Positions 40,616 through 50,648 of a stretch of 64,000 nt of DNA are shown in pieces; within the stretch, counting starts at the first letter, position 1, and every line of letters starts with the position of its first letter. Position numbers and translations under genes: made by a program. This stretch comes from Fusobacterium perfoetens ATCC 29250. Lineage in GTDB: Bacteria; Fusobacteriota; Fusobacteriia; Fusobacteriales; Fusobacteriaceae. The notes under the pieces are model-generated. The model worked only from the letters and a program-made list of their open reading frames with translations, ran no database searches and was not told the origin of the DNA. The stretch covers positions 1-64,000 of the forward strand of contig CAXSON010000009.1 of assembly GCA_964239055.1 (NCBI GenBank), given 5' to 3'.

Positions 40616-41935
40616 ATGACAAGAGAAGAATTAAAAGAAAGAGTAATAAAAGCTATCGAAGAAAATAAAGATATAATAATCGAAGCTGGAAGAAAAATAT
40701 ATAAAAACCCTGAATTTGGTTATAAAGAATTTGAAACAACAAAAACTGTAAGAGAATTCTTTAAAAATGAACTTAACGTTGAAACTGAAGATAAAATTGC
40801 TTACACTGGGTGCAGAGCAAGAGTAAACGAAGAAAAAGAAGGGCCGAAAGTTGCAATTCTTGGAGAGCTTGACGGAATATCTTGTAATGAGCACTGTGAT
40901 GCAAATGAAATAGGAGCATCTCATACTTGCGGGCATAACGTGCAGATTGCTGGTATGCTTGGAGCTGCTGTTGGTCTTATCAAATCAGGAGTATATAAAG
41001 AACTTGATGGTAAAATAGATTTCATGGCAACACCTGCTGAAGAATTTATCGAACTTGCTTACAGAAGTCAATTAAAAAAAGAAGGACATATAAAATATTT
41101 TGGCGGAAAACAAGAGCTTATCAGAAAAGGAGCTTTTGATGATGTTGATATGGCTATGATGTTCCACGTTCTTGATACAGGAGATAAAAAAGTTTTAACA
41201 GGACCTGTAAGTAACGGATTTATTGGAAAAGAAGTTAAATTTATTGGAAAAGAAGCTCATGCCGGTTCTGCTCCATATGAAGGAATAAATGCTTTAAATG
41301 CTGCTATGCTTGCAATAAATAATGTTCATGCTCAAAGAGAAACTTTCAAAGAAGCTGACAGAGTAAGATTTCATCCTATTATCACAAAAGGTGGAGATAT
41401 TGTAAACGTTGTTCCTGCAGATGTAAGAATGGAATCTTATGTAAGAGCAAGAACTATTGACAGCATGATTGATGCTAATGCTAAAGTTAACAGAGCTTTA
41501 ATGGCTGGAGCTATGGCTGTAGGAGCAAACATTGAAATTACTGAACTTCCTGGATATCTTCCAATTTTAAAACATGATGATATGGAAAAAGTTTTAAGAA
41601 AAAATTTAGAATATATCGGTCTTACAGACAATGATATAATTGAAGGTGGAGATTTCACAGGATCATTTGACTTTGGTGATGTTTCTCACATAATTCCAAC
41701 TCTTCATCCAATGTTTGGAGGAGTAAAAGGAGCATTACATACTAGAGATTATAAAATAGATGATGAAGAGTATGCTTATCTTGCTCCTGCAAAAGCAATG
41801 GCACTTACTGTTGTTGACCTTTTATTTGATGAAGCAAAAGAAGCAAAAGATATTCTTAAAAATTTCAAACCTGTAATGACAAAAGAAGAATATTTAGCAT
41901 TTATGGAATCAAATGACAAAACAATAAAAGCATAA
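40616..41935 (+). CDS. M20-family amidohydrolase/peptidase
   Basis: HTCGHN metal-binding motif; 439 aa; dimerisation-domain pattern. Confidence 0.8.
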   Translation: MTREELKERVIKAIEENKDIIIEAGRKIYKNPEFGYKEFETTKTVREFFKNELNVETEDKIAYTGCRARVNEEKEGPKVAILGELDGISCNEHCDANEIGASHTCGHNVQIAGMLGAAVGLIKSGVYKELDGKIDFMATPAEEFIELAYRSQLKKEGHIKYFGGKQELIRKGAFDDVDMAMMFHVLDTGDKKVLTGPVSNGFIGKEVKFIGKEAHAGSAPYEGINALNAAMLAINNVHAQRETFKEADRVRFHPIITKGGDIVNVVPADVRMESYVRARTIDSMIDANAKVNRALMAGAMAVGANIEITELPGYLPILKHDDMEKVLRKNLEYIGLTDNDIIEGGDFTGSFDFGDVSHIIPTLHPMFGGVKGALHTRDYKIDDEEYAYLAPAKAMALTVVDLLFDEAKEAKDILKNFKPVMTKEEYLAFMESNDKTIKA

Positions 41936-41980
41936 ATTTTAAAAATCTCATATAATTGAATAACCAAAAACCAAGTAAAC

Positions 41981-42015
41981 AAAAAAGGAAGCCTGAAAAC
42001 TTCCTTTTTGTTTTT
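41981..42015. terminator. Bidirectional intrinsic terminator
   Basis: aggaagcctgaaaacttcct hairpin with flanking A- and T-runs. Confidence 0.65.
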
Positions 42016-42019
42016 ACTT

Positions 42020-42352
42020 TTATTTTTTAAACATAAAATATACTGCACCTATCATACAAATGAAAGCATAAAGATAATTTAATTTTATCTCCTGTTTTAA
42101 ATATAAAACAGAAAAACCTGCAAAAACCACAAGAGTTATTACTTCTTGAATTATTTTCAGCTGAGCCACTGAAAAATAATTTGCTCCTATTCTGTTTGCT
42201 GGAATTGAAAAACAATATTCCAAAAATGCTATCATCCAGCTTAAAATTATTGTAAGAAAAAGATTTCTTCCTGTATGTTTAAGATGACCATACCATGCAA
42301 AAGACATAAAAATATTTGATATAAATAACATTACAACTGGTAAAAACTTCAT
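42020..42352 (-). CDS. Small DMT-superfamily membrane protein (DUF486-like, 4 TM)
   Basis: 110 aa; four hydrophobic helices; GGGGAAG RBS. Confidence 0.5.
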   Translation of the reverse strand: MKFLPVVMLFISNIFMSFAWYGHLKHTGRNLFLTIILSWMIAFLEYCFSIPANRIGANYFSVAQLKIIQEVITLVVFAGFSVLYLKQEIKLNYLYAFICMIGAVYFMFKK

Positions 42353-42451
42353 TTTTCTTCCCCTTATCCATTTTAATTTATTTTCATAACCTTAAGTTTA
42401 TAACAAAAATTAAAAATATTCAATAAGATTTAAAAAAAATTTATAAACTTA

Positions 42452-43852
42452 TTATCTCATAGAAAATAAAATTTGATCTCCAGGAAGAAGTTCTAAGGAT
42501 CCGCTCGGAGTCAGATATTCATCTCCACGCTTTACAGAAACAATATGCATTTTTGCAGAAAGGTGAAGCTCTTTTATCTGCTTGTTTGCATATTCTGAAT
42601 TTCTTGTAAGATAAAGTTTTTTAACAGCAAGTTCTTCCAGCTCATCAACCTCTACTTCAATATCGTCTGAATTTCTTTCCTCTTCAAGAAGTCCCAGCCA
42701 TTTTGCCACATGTTTAAGAGACATTCCTTGTAAAATTACAGAGAATACAACCATATAGAAAATCATATTAAACATCATCTGCGCATTATCAATATTTTCA
42801 CTTACAGCAAATATTGAAAATATAATCGGCACTGCTCCCTTAAGACCTGCCCATGAAATGAAAAATTTTTCTTTTTTATCAAGTTTAAATGGAATAAGGA
42901 CCAGATATACAACTATAAATCTTCCTACAATTATAACTAATATTGCAAGGATACTTCCTTTTACTATTACAGAAAGAAGCTGGCTTGGAAATACAAGAAG
43001 CCCCAAAATAATAAACATTGTTATCTGCATCAGCCATGAAGCTACTCTCATATTTCTCATAAAATTAATTCTATAATCAAATCTTTCATTTCCTATAAAT
43101 ATTCCCATTATATATATTGCTAAAAAACCATTTCCTTTTAATATAGTTGTAAGAGAAAAACAAATAAATAAAAACGAGATTATATGTATAATCATAAATT
43201 CTTCTCTTTTTATCTGCATAAGTCTGCTTGCAGGAATTGTAATTTTTCCAAATAAAAATCCCATTGCAAGACCTAGAATTATCTGTCTTATTAAAAATAT
43301 TATTCCTTGAAAAATATGCACATCTCCTGAAGTTGCTTTATATATTGAAAGGAAAAATAAAATAAGTGCATATGCCATTGGGTCGTTGCTTCCTGATTCA
43401 ATTTCTATTATTGTTCTTATTCTCTTTTTAAGTTTTGATTCTCCTAAGATTGACATTACTGCAGCTGCATCTGTTGAAGATACAAAAGAACCAAAAATAA
43501 GTGATTCTATAAAAGAAAAGTTTGTAAGAAAATATGTAAAAACTGCTGCTATAACTGCTGTCAGAAAAACTCCAACTGTGGCGAGCATTCCGCTTGGATA
43601 AAGTGCTGAAAGAGCATCTATTTTTTTAGTTTCCAATGCTCCAGAAAAAAGAATAAATAAAAGTGCAAAATTTCCTATGTTCTGAGCTGTTGCAAAGTCA
43701 TCAAAATATATTCCCCCTATCCCTTCTGACCCTGCTGCTATTCCTACAAAAAGGAACATTACAAGCAGAGGCACTTGTGCTGTCCTTGCAAGTCTTATTG
43801 AACACAGGCTGAAAAATAATAAAATACCGCAGATTAAAATTTTGTATTCCAT
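42452..43852 (-). CDS. nhaP2: K+/H+ (CPA1) antiporter NhaP2 with C-terminal TrkA_C domain
   Basis: N-terminal Na_H_exchanger multi-TM domain; C-terminal regulatory domain (VSVKRGDEYLTPSGSLELLPGDQILF). Confidence 0.8.
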   Translation of the reverse strand: MEYKILICGILLFFSLCSIRLARTAQVPLLVMFLFVGIAAGSEGIGGIYFDDFATAQNIGNFALLFILFSGALETKKIDALSALYPSGMLATVGVFLTAVIAAVFTYFLTNFSFIESLIFGSFVSSTDAAAVMSILGESKLKKRIRTIIEIESGSNDPMAYALILFFLSIYKATSGDVHIFQGIIFLIRQIILGLAMGFLFGKITIPASRLMQIKREEFMIIHIISFLFICFSLTTILKGNGFLAIYIMGIFIGNERFDYRINFMRNMRVASWLMQITMFIILGLLVFPSQLLSVIVKGSILAILVIIVGRFIVVYLVLIPFKLDKKEKFFISWAGLKGAVPIIFSIFAVSENIDNAQMMFNMIFYMVVFSVILQGMSLKHVAKWLGLLEEERNSDDIEVEVDELEELAVKKLYLTRNSEYANKQIKELHLSAKMHIVSVKRGDEYLTPSGSLELLPGDQILFSMR

Positions 43853-43952
43853 AGTCCCTAAATCAACTCCTCCTGTATTTTTTCCCCTCCCTTAGCCTAA
43901 TTGTACCATAATCTGTTTCTATTTTTGAACAAAAAAATATTTTTTTATTTTT

Positions 43953-43991
43953 TTGACTTATAAGTCAAAAAAAACTTGACTATATAGTCAA
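43953..43991. promoter_or_regulatory. Twin 16-bp perfect palindromes TTGACTTATAAGTCAA and TTGACTATATAGTCAA (candidate operators) overlapping the promoter
   Basis: Palindromes at 43953-43968 and 43976-43991; the second overlaps the -35/spacer of TTGACT-17-TATAAT (43976-44004); lies between divergent nhaP2 and the kinase-like gene. Confidence 0.5.
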
Positions 43992-44058
43992 TTTGATATA
44001 TAATTTTTTAATATACAAAATATTTTTATTATTTTTAGGAAGAAAAGAGGACGAAAAA

Positions 44059-44796
44059 TTGTTTAAAAAAGATATTGAAAAAATAAAAAATAAAATTTTA
44101 AATATGCTGAAAGAGAATTATAAAAATTACGAAATCAGAAAAGAGTGTCTTTCTTTACTTCATGAAGGACAGTTTGCCAATGCGGCAGTGTTCAGATATA
44201 ATGATGGAAATAATTTAGATATTACAATCAAAGATTTTTCAGGTTCTCCCTGGCTAGTTAGAAAAACTCTTGGAAGAATTTTTGTAAATATTGAAGGACA
44301 TATAATGATGAAACTTGAAAATAATCCCTCAATAACAAAAGGAGTTGTTTTCCTTTCTCCCTGCACTCTTGCTTTTAATTTTATTAAAGGAAAAGCTATA
44401 AAAGAATTTCAAGAAAAAGAAATTCCCAAAGATTTTTTTATTACATTAGAAAAAAATGTGAAAGAGATGCATAGAAGAAATATTGTCCATCTTGATTTAA
44501 GAAATCTTGGAAATGTCATAATGAGCAAAGAGGGATACCCTTATATTATAGATTTTCAATCTTGTATTTCTACAAAACATCTTCCTAAAAAATTAAGAAA
44601 AATTTTACGTGCTTCTGACTTAACTGGTGTGTATAAATGCTGGAACAGAAGATGCTCTGAACCTCTTGATGAAGAAAGAGAAGAATTTTTTAATGAATTT
44701 CAAAAAATAAGAAAACTTTGGGTGCTGAAAGGATATCCTGTTCAAAGATTTATAAGACACACAAAAGAAAAATTTTCTCAAAAAAAATCTCGGTAA
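44059..44796 (+). CDS. Kinase-fold protein (Kdo/WaaP/RIO-like)
   Basis: Catalytic-loop-like NIVHLDLRNLGNVI and DFQSC (DFG-like); VAIK-like TIKDF; likely TTG start at 44059 with RBS AGGAAGAAAAGAGG (the ORF-track start 43993 lies in the promoter). Confidence 0.5.
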   Translation: MFKKDIEKIKNKILNMLKENYKNYEIRKECLSLLHEGQFANAAVFRYNDGNNLDITIKDFSGSPWLVRKTLGRIFVNIEGHIMMKLENNPSITKGVVFLSPCTLAFNFIKGKAIKEFQEKEIPKDFFITLEKNVKEMHRRNIVHLDLRNLGNVIMSKEGYPYIIDFQSCISTKHLPKKLRKILRASDLTGVYKCWNRRCSEPLDEEREEFFNEFQKIRKLWVLKGYPVQRFIRHTKEKFSQKKSR

Positions 44797-44822
44797 TAAA
44801 AATTTTATACCGAGATTTTTTA
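44787..44822 (+). terminator. Intrinsic terminator after the kinase-like gene
   Basis: atctcggta...taccgagat hairpin followed by TTTTTT. Confidence 0.7.
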
Positions 44823-44844
44823 TTAATTATAAAATTTCCTTTAT

Positions 44845-45017
44845 CCCTGCATTGAAAAATATTTCGTAATTAATACTGTGAGCTGAACGCTCAAAAACGA
44901 CATGTTTGAACAAAGTGAGTTTGTCGTTTTTAGTGAAGCAAACAAAATTAATAGAAAAATTTTTCACCAGCAGAGCAATTTTCTTTTGGTTCGTTTTCTT
45001 TGTTTGTACAAAGAAAA
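44845..45017. repeat. MITE-like structured intergenic repeat, copy 5 (subfamily B), with appended hairpin
   Basis: TIRs CCCTGCATTGAAAAA / TTTTCACCAGCAGAGC; core hairpin has a compensatory variant AAAAACGACA...TGTCGTTTTT; extra hairpin ttctttgtttgtacaaagaaaa. Confidence 0.75.
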
Positions 45018-45024
45018 TGAACAC

Positions 45025-48000
45025 TTAATTTTCACTTTCTTCTATATGAAATACTACAGAATAAACCACAGGGAATATAAATAGTGTAAGTATTGTTGAT
45101 ACAAAAAGACCAAATACTATTGTTGCAGCCATATCTCCATAAAGAGGATCTCTCATAAGAGGAAGCATTCCAAAAATAGTAGTTACTGCTGCAAGGCTTA
45201 CTGCCCTTATCCTGCTTACAGCTGAATCAATAAGAGCTGTAAATTTATCTTTTTTCAAAATATTTATTTCATATTTAATCTCGTCAACAAGAACAATCAT
45301 ATTTTTTATCATCATTCCAGAAAGTGAAATTACACCAACTGTTGACATAAATCCAAAACTTTTTCCTGTTATAAAAAGCCCCGGCACAATTCCTATCATA
45401 CATAAAGGGAGCATTGAAAATATAAGTGTTGGTATTTTTACACTGGCAAAAAGAAATACACATATAAGGAACATAAATATTACAGGAACAGGAACTGCTT
45501 CTATAAGAGAGATTACATTTTTTTTCTGCTCGCTGTATTCTCCGTGCCATTCCATAGTATAACCTTTTGGAAGTTCTATACTTTCTATTTCATCTTTAAA
45601 TTTATCTCTCACATCAGAAGCACTTGCCCCAACAGGTATATCTCCCTGAACAGTCATTGTTCTTACTCTGTTTCTTCTCCAAACCTGCCCCTCTTCAAAT
45701 TTAATATTTCCATTTTTAATAAGGGTAGAAAGAGGCTGTGATTCAAGAGTCACTCCCCAGATAGGAGCCTGTTCCAAATCACTTATATCATTTTTATCTT
45801 CATCTCTATGTTCTTTTAAAATTACAGAAACAAGTTTATCGTCTTTTTTTATGCTTCCTATTGGCATTCCCTCTGTTGTTCTCATAATTGAAGTAGCTAA
45901 ATCAACAGAAGTAAGTCCGGCTCTTTTTACATCAGCTTCAGAATAATTTCCTTCCCAAGCAAAAATTTTATTTCTCCAGTCTGTTCTCAAATTAAGAACC
46001 TCTGGATATTTTTTCATAATATCTGCTGCCTTATCAGAAAGTTTTCTAAGAACCTGTGGATCTGGTCCTGAAAATGCAACTTCGATAGGACATGATACAG
46101 GAATTCCATTTGGATATTTTTTTATACTTACTGTTATTCCAGGAAGATTTTTATTTGCATATTCAAATGCCTTTTCACCAATTTTTTCTACATCTTTAAC
46201 TTTTTTTACATTTAAAATAAGTTCTCCGAAAGCAGGATTCGGCATTTCAGGAGTTGTACATACATAATATCTTGCAGGAGATGATCCTATTGTAGTGGTA
46301 ATATTTACAACTCTTTCATCTTCTCTTAAATATTTTTCAAGTTTCTTAGCAGCTTCATCAATAACTTCTATTCTGCTTCCCTCTGCTGCCCACATATTTA
46401 TTGTAAATCCTTTTTTATCTGAATCAGGGAAAAATATTTTAGGAATTGATAAGAATAAAATCATTGAAAATAAAAATGCTCCTAAAACTGCTGTAAGAAC
46501 AATTTTTCTTTTTTTCATAAGATTATATAAAATTTTTCTGCATTTATCATAAAATTTCTTTTCTCTTTCACTGGCCTCTTTCAATGGTTCACTTGTAAGA
46601 TAAAGTTTACAGTAAACAGGAGTCTGAGTAAGACATAAAACCCAGCTAAGCATCAAAGAAATTCCTATTACCCAGAAAGATGACCCTACATATTCACCAA
46701 CATATGTAGGCATTAAATATGCAGGAAGAAAAGCAAGAGCTGCTATTGTTGTTGCTCCCAAAAGCGGAAGAGCAGGTTTTTGAGCAGCTTCATAAAGAGC
46801 TTTTTCGTTTTCCATTCCATTGTTTCTATTTACAAGAACATTATCGACTACAACTATTGAATTATCAACAAGCATTCCCATTGCAATTATAAATGAACCA
46901 AGAGAAACTCTCTGTAGATCAATTTTCATAGGAAGCATTAAAATTAAAGTTCCAAGAATTGAATAAACCAAAGCACTTCCTATTATAAGTCCGCTTCTCA
47001 TTCCCATCGTAACTAAAAGAACTCCCACAACTGTTATTACAGAAAGAATAAGATTTATAACAAAATTATTTATTGCTGAGGTAACAAGCTCAGGCTGATA
47101 ATAAATTTTTTCTATATTTATTCCTACGGGAAGTTTTTCTTTAAGCTCGATTATTTTTTTATCAATAACTTTTCCAACTTCAACAACATTTGCTCCACCT
47201 TCTGGAGAAAGAGAAATTCCCATTGCCATTTTCCCATCAAAATACATTTTTTGTGACACAGGTTCTTTGTATCCTTCTCTTAATTCTGCTATATCTCCAA
47301 GTCTTATTATTTCATTTGTGCCGTCTGGAAGTTTTTTAGAAAAAATAACAACATTTTTTAAATCTTCTATATTTTTTATTTCATTATTAAGATTTATATT
47401 TACACGAAGATTTCCGTAATCTGCCGTTCCCCCTCCCGAAATAAGATTTTCGGCAATAAATGATGAGGCTATAAATTTTGTGCTTATTCCAAGAGAATTT
47501 ATTTTTTCTCTGTCAATTATAACTTCCACTGCATCAGCCTGCCTGCCAAACATTGCTGTCTGTGCAATTCCATTTATAGAATTAAATTCTTTTAAAATAT
47601 AGTCTGAATATTTTGAAAGTTCAGAATAGCTGTATCCATCACTTGTAACAGCAAGAAATATTCCATAAACAGCTCCATAGTCATCAAAAACTATTGATGG
47701 AATTGTTCCTAAAGGCATATTTATCTGTGCATCTGTTATTTTTTTTCTTACATTATCCCAATACTGATCTAGTTCTCTGCTTGGTACAGACTCTTTCAAT
47801 TTTATTTTTACTTGAGAATAATTAGGTTTTGAAACACTCTGAAGATAATCTATGTTTGGAATTTTTTGAAGTGCTTCTTCTATTTTATTTGTAACCTGAA
47901 GCTCAACAGTATGAGCATCCTGCCCAGGATACATTGTAACAACTATTGCTTCCTTTATTTTAAATTCAGGATCTTCAAGTTTTCCTAATTTAAAATATGA

Positions 48001-48081
48001 AAATATTCCTCCCAAAACAAGAAGAAGAACTAAAAATCTTACTACAACTGTATTTTTTATTGAGTAATTTATAAATTTCAT
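45025..48081 (-). CDS. RND efflux transporter permease (AcrB/HAE1 family)
   Basis: 1018 aa, 12 TM helices with two large periplasmic loops. Confidence 0.9.
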   Translation of the reverse strand: MKFINYSIKNTVVVRFLVLLLVLGGIFSYFKLGKLEDPEFKIKEAIVVTMYPGQDAHTVELQVTNKIEEALQKIPNIDYLQSVSKPNYSQVKIKLKESVPSRELDQYWDNVRKKITDAQINMPLGTIPSIVFDDYGAVYGIFLAVTSDGYSYSELSKYSDYILKEFNSINGIAQTAMFGRQADAVEVIIDREKINSLGISTKFIASSFIAENLISGGGTADYGNLRVNINLNNEIKNIEDLKNVVIFSKKLPDGTNEIIRLGDIAELREGYKEPVSQKMYFDGKMAMGISLSPEGGANVVEVGKVIDKKIIELKEKLPVGINIEKIYYQPELVTSAINNFVINLILSVITVVGVLLVTMGMRSGLIIGSALVYSILGTLILMLPMKIDLQRVSLGSFIIAMGMLVDNSIVVVDNVLVNRNNGMENEKALYEAAQKPALPLLGATTIAALAFLPAYLMPTYVGEYVGSSFWVIGISLMLSWVLCLTQTPVYCKLYLTSEPLKEASEREKKFYDKCRKILYNLMKKRKIVLTAVLGAFLFSMILFLSIPKIFFPDSDKKGFTINMWAAEGSRIEVIDEAAKKLEKYLREDERVVNITTTIGSSPARYYVCTTPEMPNPAFGELILNVKKVKDVEKIGEKAFEYANKNLPGITVSIKKYPNGIPVSCPIEVAFSGPDPQVLRKLSDKAADIMKKYPEVLNLRTDWRNKIFAWEGNYSEADVKRAGLTSVDLATSIMRTTEGMPIGSIKKDDKLVSVILKEHRDEDKNDISDLEQAPIWGVTLESQPLSTLIKNGNIKFEEGQVWRRNRVRTMTVQGDIPVGASASDVRDKFKDEIESIELPKGYTMEWHGEYSEQKKNVISLIEAVPVPVIFMFLICVFLFASVKIPTLIFSMLPLCMIGIVPGLFITGKSFGFMSTVGVISLSGMMIKNMIVLVDEIKYEINILKKDKFTALIDSAVSRIRAVSLAAVTTIFGMLPLMRDPLYGDMAATIVFGLFVSTILTLFIFPVVYSVVFHIEESEN

Positions 48082-48093
48082 CTTAAACCACCC

Positions 48094-49218
48094 CTATAAA
48101 ATGTCTCCGACATTTGTTTCTGAAAACGGCTCAAGAAGATTTACTTTCTGTCCCTCTGTAAGCTCATGAACTCCCTTTGTCACAATTTTTTCACCTGCAT
48201 TAATTCCTGTAACAATAATCATTCCATCAGAATATGGTTTTATTATATTTATTTTTTTTGAATTTACTTGATTTTCATTATAAACCCAGACCATTATCTC
48301 TCCGTTTTTTTCAAAAAGACTTTCTGCAGGAATTAAAATTTCTTTATTCTGTAAATCTGTTTTAAAAGAAATTTTTACAATTCCATTTGTATCTACTGGA
48401 ATATTATCTGCTTTTTCTTCAAAAGAAAAAGTTACAGGATAAGCAAGCTTTATTGTTCCTTTTACTTTTCCTACATCAATAAGGTTTAATTTATAATCTT
48501 TTCCATTAAAATAAAAACTTGCTGATGAAATCTTTTCCATTTTTTCAACATCATTTTCAGAAACACTTATTCTCACTCTGCTGTTTCCTAAAGATGAAAT
48601 TGAAACAACAGGAATTCCTGCTCCTGCAACTGCACCAACTCCTAAAAATTTCTTACTGATATATCCATCATATGGTGCTTTTAACATTGTATCGCTAAGC
48701 TGATTTTTACTGTTTATTTCTCCCTCTTGTGCTGCCTGATAAACTGCAAGATTTGCAAGTTCTGAAGCTGCTGCTGCTTTTACACCTGCAAGAGCCTCGT
48801 CATATGTTTTCTTTGGAAGAGCTTTTTCTCTGTAAAGAGTTTCAACTCTTCTAAACTGTTCTCTTGCATTTTCTGCAACAGCCTTTGCTGCTTCGTAAGC
48901 ATTTTTGGCAGCAATAGTTTTTTCATGAAAAGCTCTCTGCTGAACTTCATAATCTCTTTTATCCATTTCAGCAATTATATCTCCCTCTTTTACATAACTT
49001 CCAACTTCTACATTCATATTTTTTATAGGCCCTGACACTCTGAAAGCAAGAGGAGCCTCTTTTTCTGCTGTAACAACAGCAGGATATTCATAAACAAGAC
49101 TTTGCGGAACAAAAACAGCTTCTTTTGTTTCCACAGGTCTTATAACAGGTTCATATTTTTTTTCACAACCAATAAATGAAAGTAATATAATTATTCCTGC
49201 AATAAACTTTAATTTCAT
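48094..49218 (-). CDS. RND efflux periplasmic adaptor (membrane fusion protein) lipoprotein
   Basis: Lipobox LSFIGC; biotinyl/lipoyl-like and beta-barrel MFP domains. Confidence 0.85.
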   Translation of the reverse strand: MKLKFIAGIIILLSFIGCEKKYEPVIRPVETKEAVFVPQSLVYEYPAVVTAEKEAPLAFRVSGPIKNMNVEVGSYVKEGDIIAEMDKRDYEVQQRAFHEKTIAAKNAYEAAKAVAENAREQFRRVETLYREKALPKKTYDEALAGVKAAAASELANLAVYQAAQEGEINSKNQLSDTMLKAPYDGYISKKFLGVGAVAGAGIPVVSISSLGNSRVRISVSENDVEKMEKISSASFYFNGKDYKLNLIDVGKVKGTIKLAYPVTFSFEEKADNIPVDTNGIVKISFKTDLQNKEILIPAESLFEKNGEIMVWVYNENQVNSKKINIIKPYSDGMIIVTGINAGEKIVTKGVHELTEGQKVNLLEPFSETNVGDIL

Positions 49219-49220
49219 TT

Positions 49221-50648
49221 TTATTTTCCCTCCTTAAAAGGATCTTTTCCCATTGCAATTTTTAAACTTCCAAGTGCCATTGCATATTGAAAATCTGCTT
49301 TCTTTTTCATAGCAAAAGCTGCTTCATAAGATGAAACGGCTCTAAAGTATTCTTCATCTCCTATCATATCAACTTTTCTCTCTGCTCTTTTTTGATGAAG
49401 ACGTCCTTTTTCTCCTTTAAAATTAAGATTTGCTATTTCTCTCATTTCCTGTGCTTTTTCAAGATTTCTATATGCTTTTGCTGTTTCAACAACAACTGTC
49501 ATAAATTCTTTTTCAAGTTTTAATTCTCCTATTTTTTCTCTTCTCACTGCTTTTTTATATTCATTAATATTTTTAAATCCGTTAAATATACTTAAAACTC
49601 CTGTTACATTTCCATAAAGAAAATCTGGGTCAGATAAAATTTCATTGCTGTTATTTATATATCCCCCTCCAAGAATAATTTTCGGAAGAAAATTTGTCAC
49701 TGCTATTTTTTTCATATCATTTGTTATATCTTTTCCTGTTTCTGCAATTTTTAAAATTTCATTCCCTGAAACTGCACTGTATATACAATCTTCCATTGAT
49801 GGAATTTCTTCTGGAAAAATAATTTCATCTTCAAGCTCTATATCTTCCAGAGGATTTAAATTTAAAGTTCTCATAAATCTCATTTTTGCATTTTTTAAAT
49901 CTCTTTCATTTTCATTAAGGGAATATTCTTTCATTTTTACAAAAGCCTGAGCTTTTTCATATTCCCATGGAAGAACAGCCTCAACTTTTAAAGAAATTTT
50001 TACTTTATTTTCCAGTTCTCTAGCTGATTTAAGTTCATTTTCAAGGGCAGCACGTTCTGACTGAAGTGCAAGAATATAATAATATTCTCCCATAACTTGA
50101 AGCTCCAGCATTTTTTCAGCAAATTCCTCTACAAGCCCGCTTATTTTCTCTCCCTTTTTTCTGGCACTGTAAAGATACCAAGTTGACGGAACAAAAACAG
50201 GAACTTGTGCTGACACACCAAAAGTATAAAAAGATTTATCTACAAATCTTGAATTCATTGATGATGGAATTGCAATTCCATATTTTCCAAGTAAACCGCC
50301 TATCTGCGGTGGAACTGCATTTGATAAAGAACTTGTATCCACATCTAAATCTATATTATCATCTAATTTTGTATACCCGCCCATAACATTAATTGATGGA
50401 AGAAAATTTCCAAAAGCAATTTTTCTGTCAAGAGATGATATTTCTCTTTCAAGAGATTTTACTTTTAAATCAAGATTTCTCTCTTTTGCAATTTCAACTG
50501 CTTCATCAATAGAAATTGTTTTCCCGTATTTTTCAAGATACTCTCTTCCTGCAAGAGCTGCCGCTCTTTCTTCTGGCTCTTTGGGCTTTATATTTGAACA
50601 CCCTGCAAGTACCATCAGACAGAAAATTATTAAAAATTTTTTTCTCAT
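49221..50648 (-). CDS. Outer-membrane efflux protein (TolC-like) lipoprotein
   Basis: Lipobox VLAGCS; 475 aa with duplicated OEP repeats. Confidence 0.8.
   Translation of the reverse strand: MRKKFLIIFCLMVLAGCSNIKPKEPEERAAALAGREYLEKYGKTISIDEAVEIAKERNLDLKVKSLEREISSLDRKIAFGNFLPSINVMGGYTKLDDNIDLDVDTSSLSNAVPPQIGGLLGKYGIAIPSSMNSRFVDKSFYTFGVSAQVPVFVPSTWYLYSARKKGEKISGLVEEFAEKMLELQVMGEYYYILALQSERAALENELKSARELENKVKISLKVEAVLPWEYEKAQAFVKMKEYSLNENERDLKNAKMRFMRTLNLNPLEDIELEDEIIFPEEIPSMEDCIYSAVSGNEILKIAETGKDITNDMKKIAVTNFLPKIILGGGYINNSNEILSDPDFLYGNVTGVLSIFNGFKNINEYKKAVRREKIGELKLEKEFMTVVVETAKAYRNLEKAQEMREIANLNFKGEKGRLHQKRAERKVDMIGDEEYFRAVSSYEAAFAMKKKADFQYAMALGSLKIAMGKDPFKEGK

Noticed and set aside
43993-44058. 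ORF-track N-terminal extension of the kinase-like gene (MIYNFLIYKIF...)
   Set aside because: The extension overlaps the -10 element and the palindromic operators and has no RBS. The TTG at 44059 with a strong RBS is the more plausible start.
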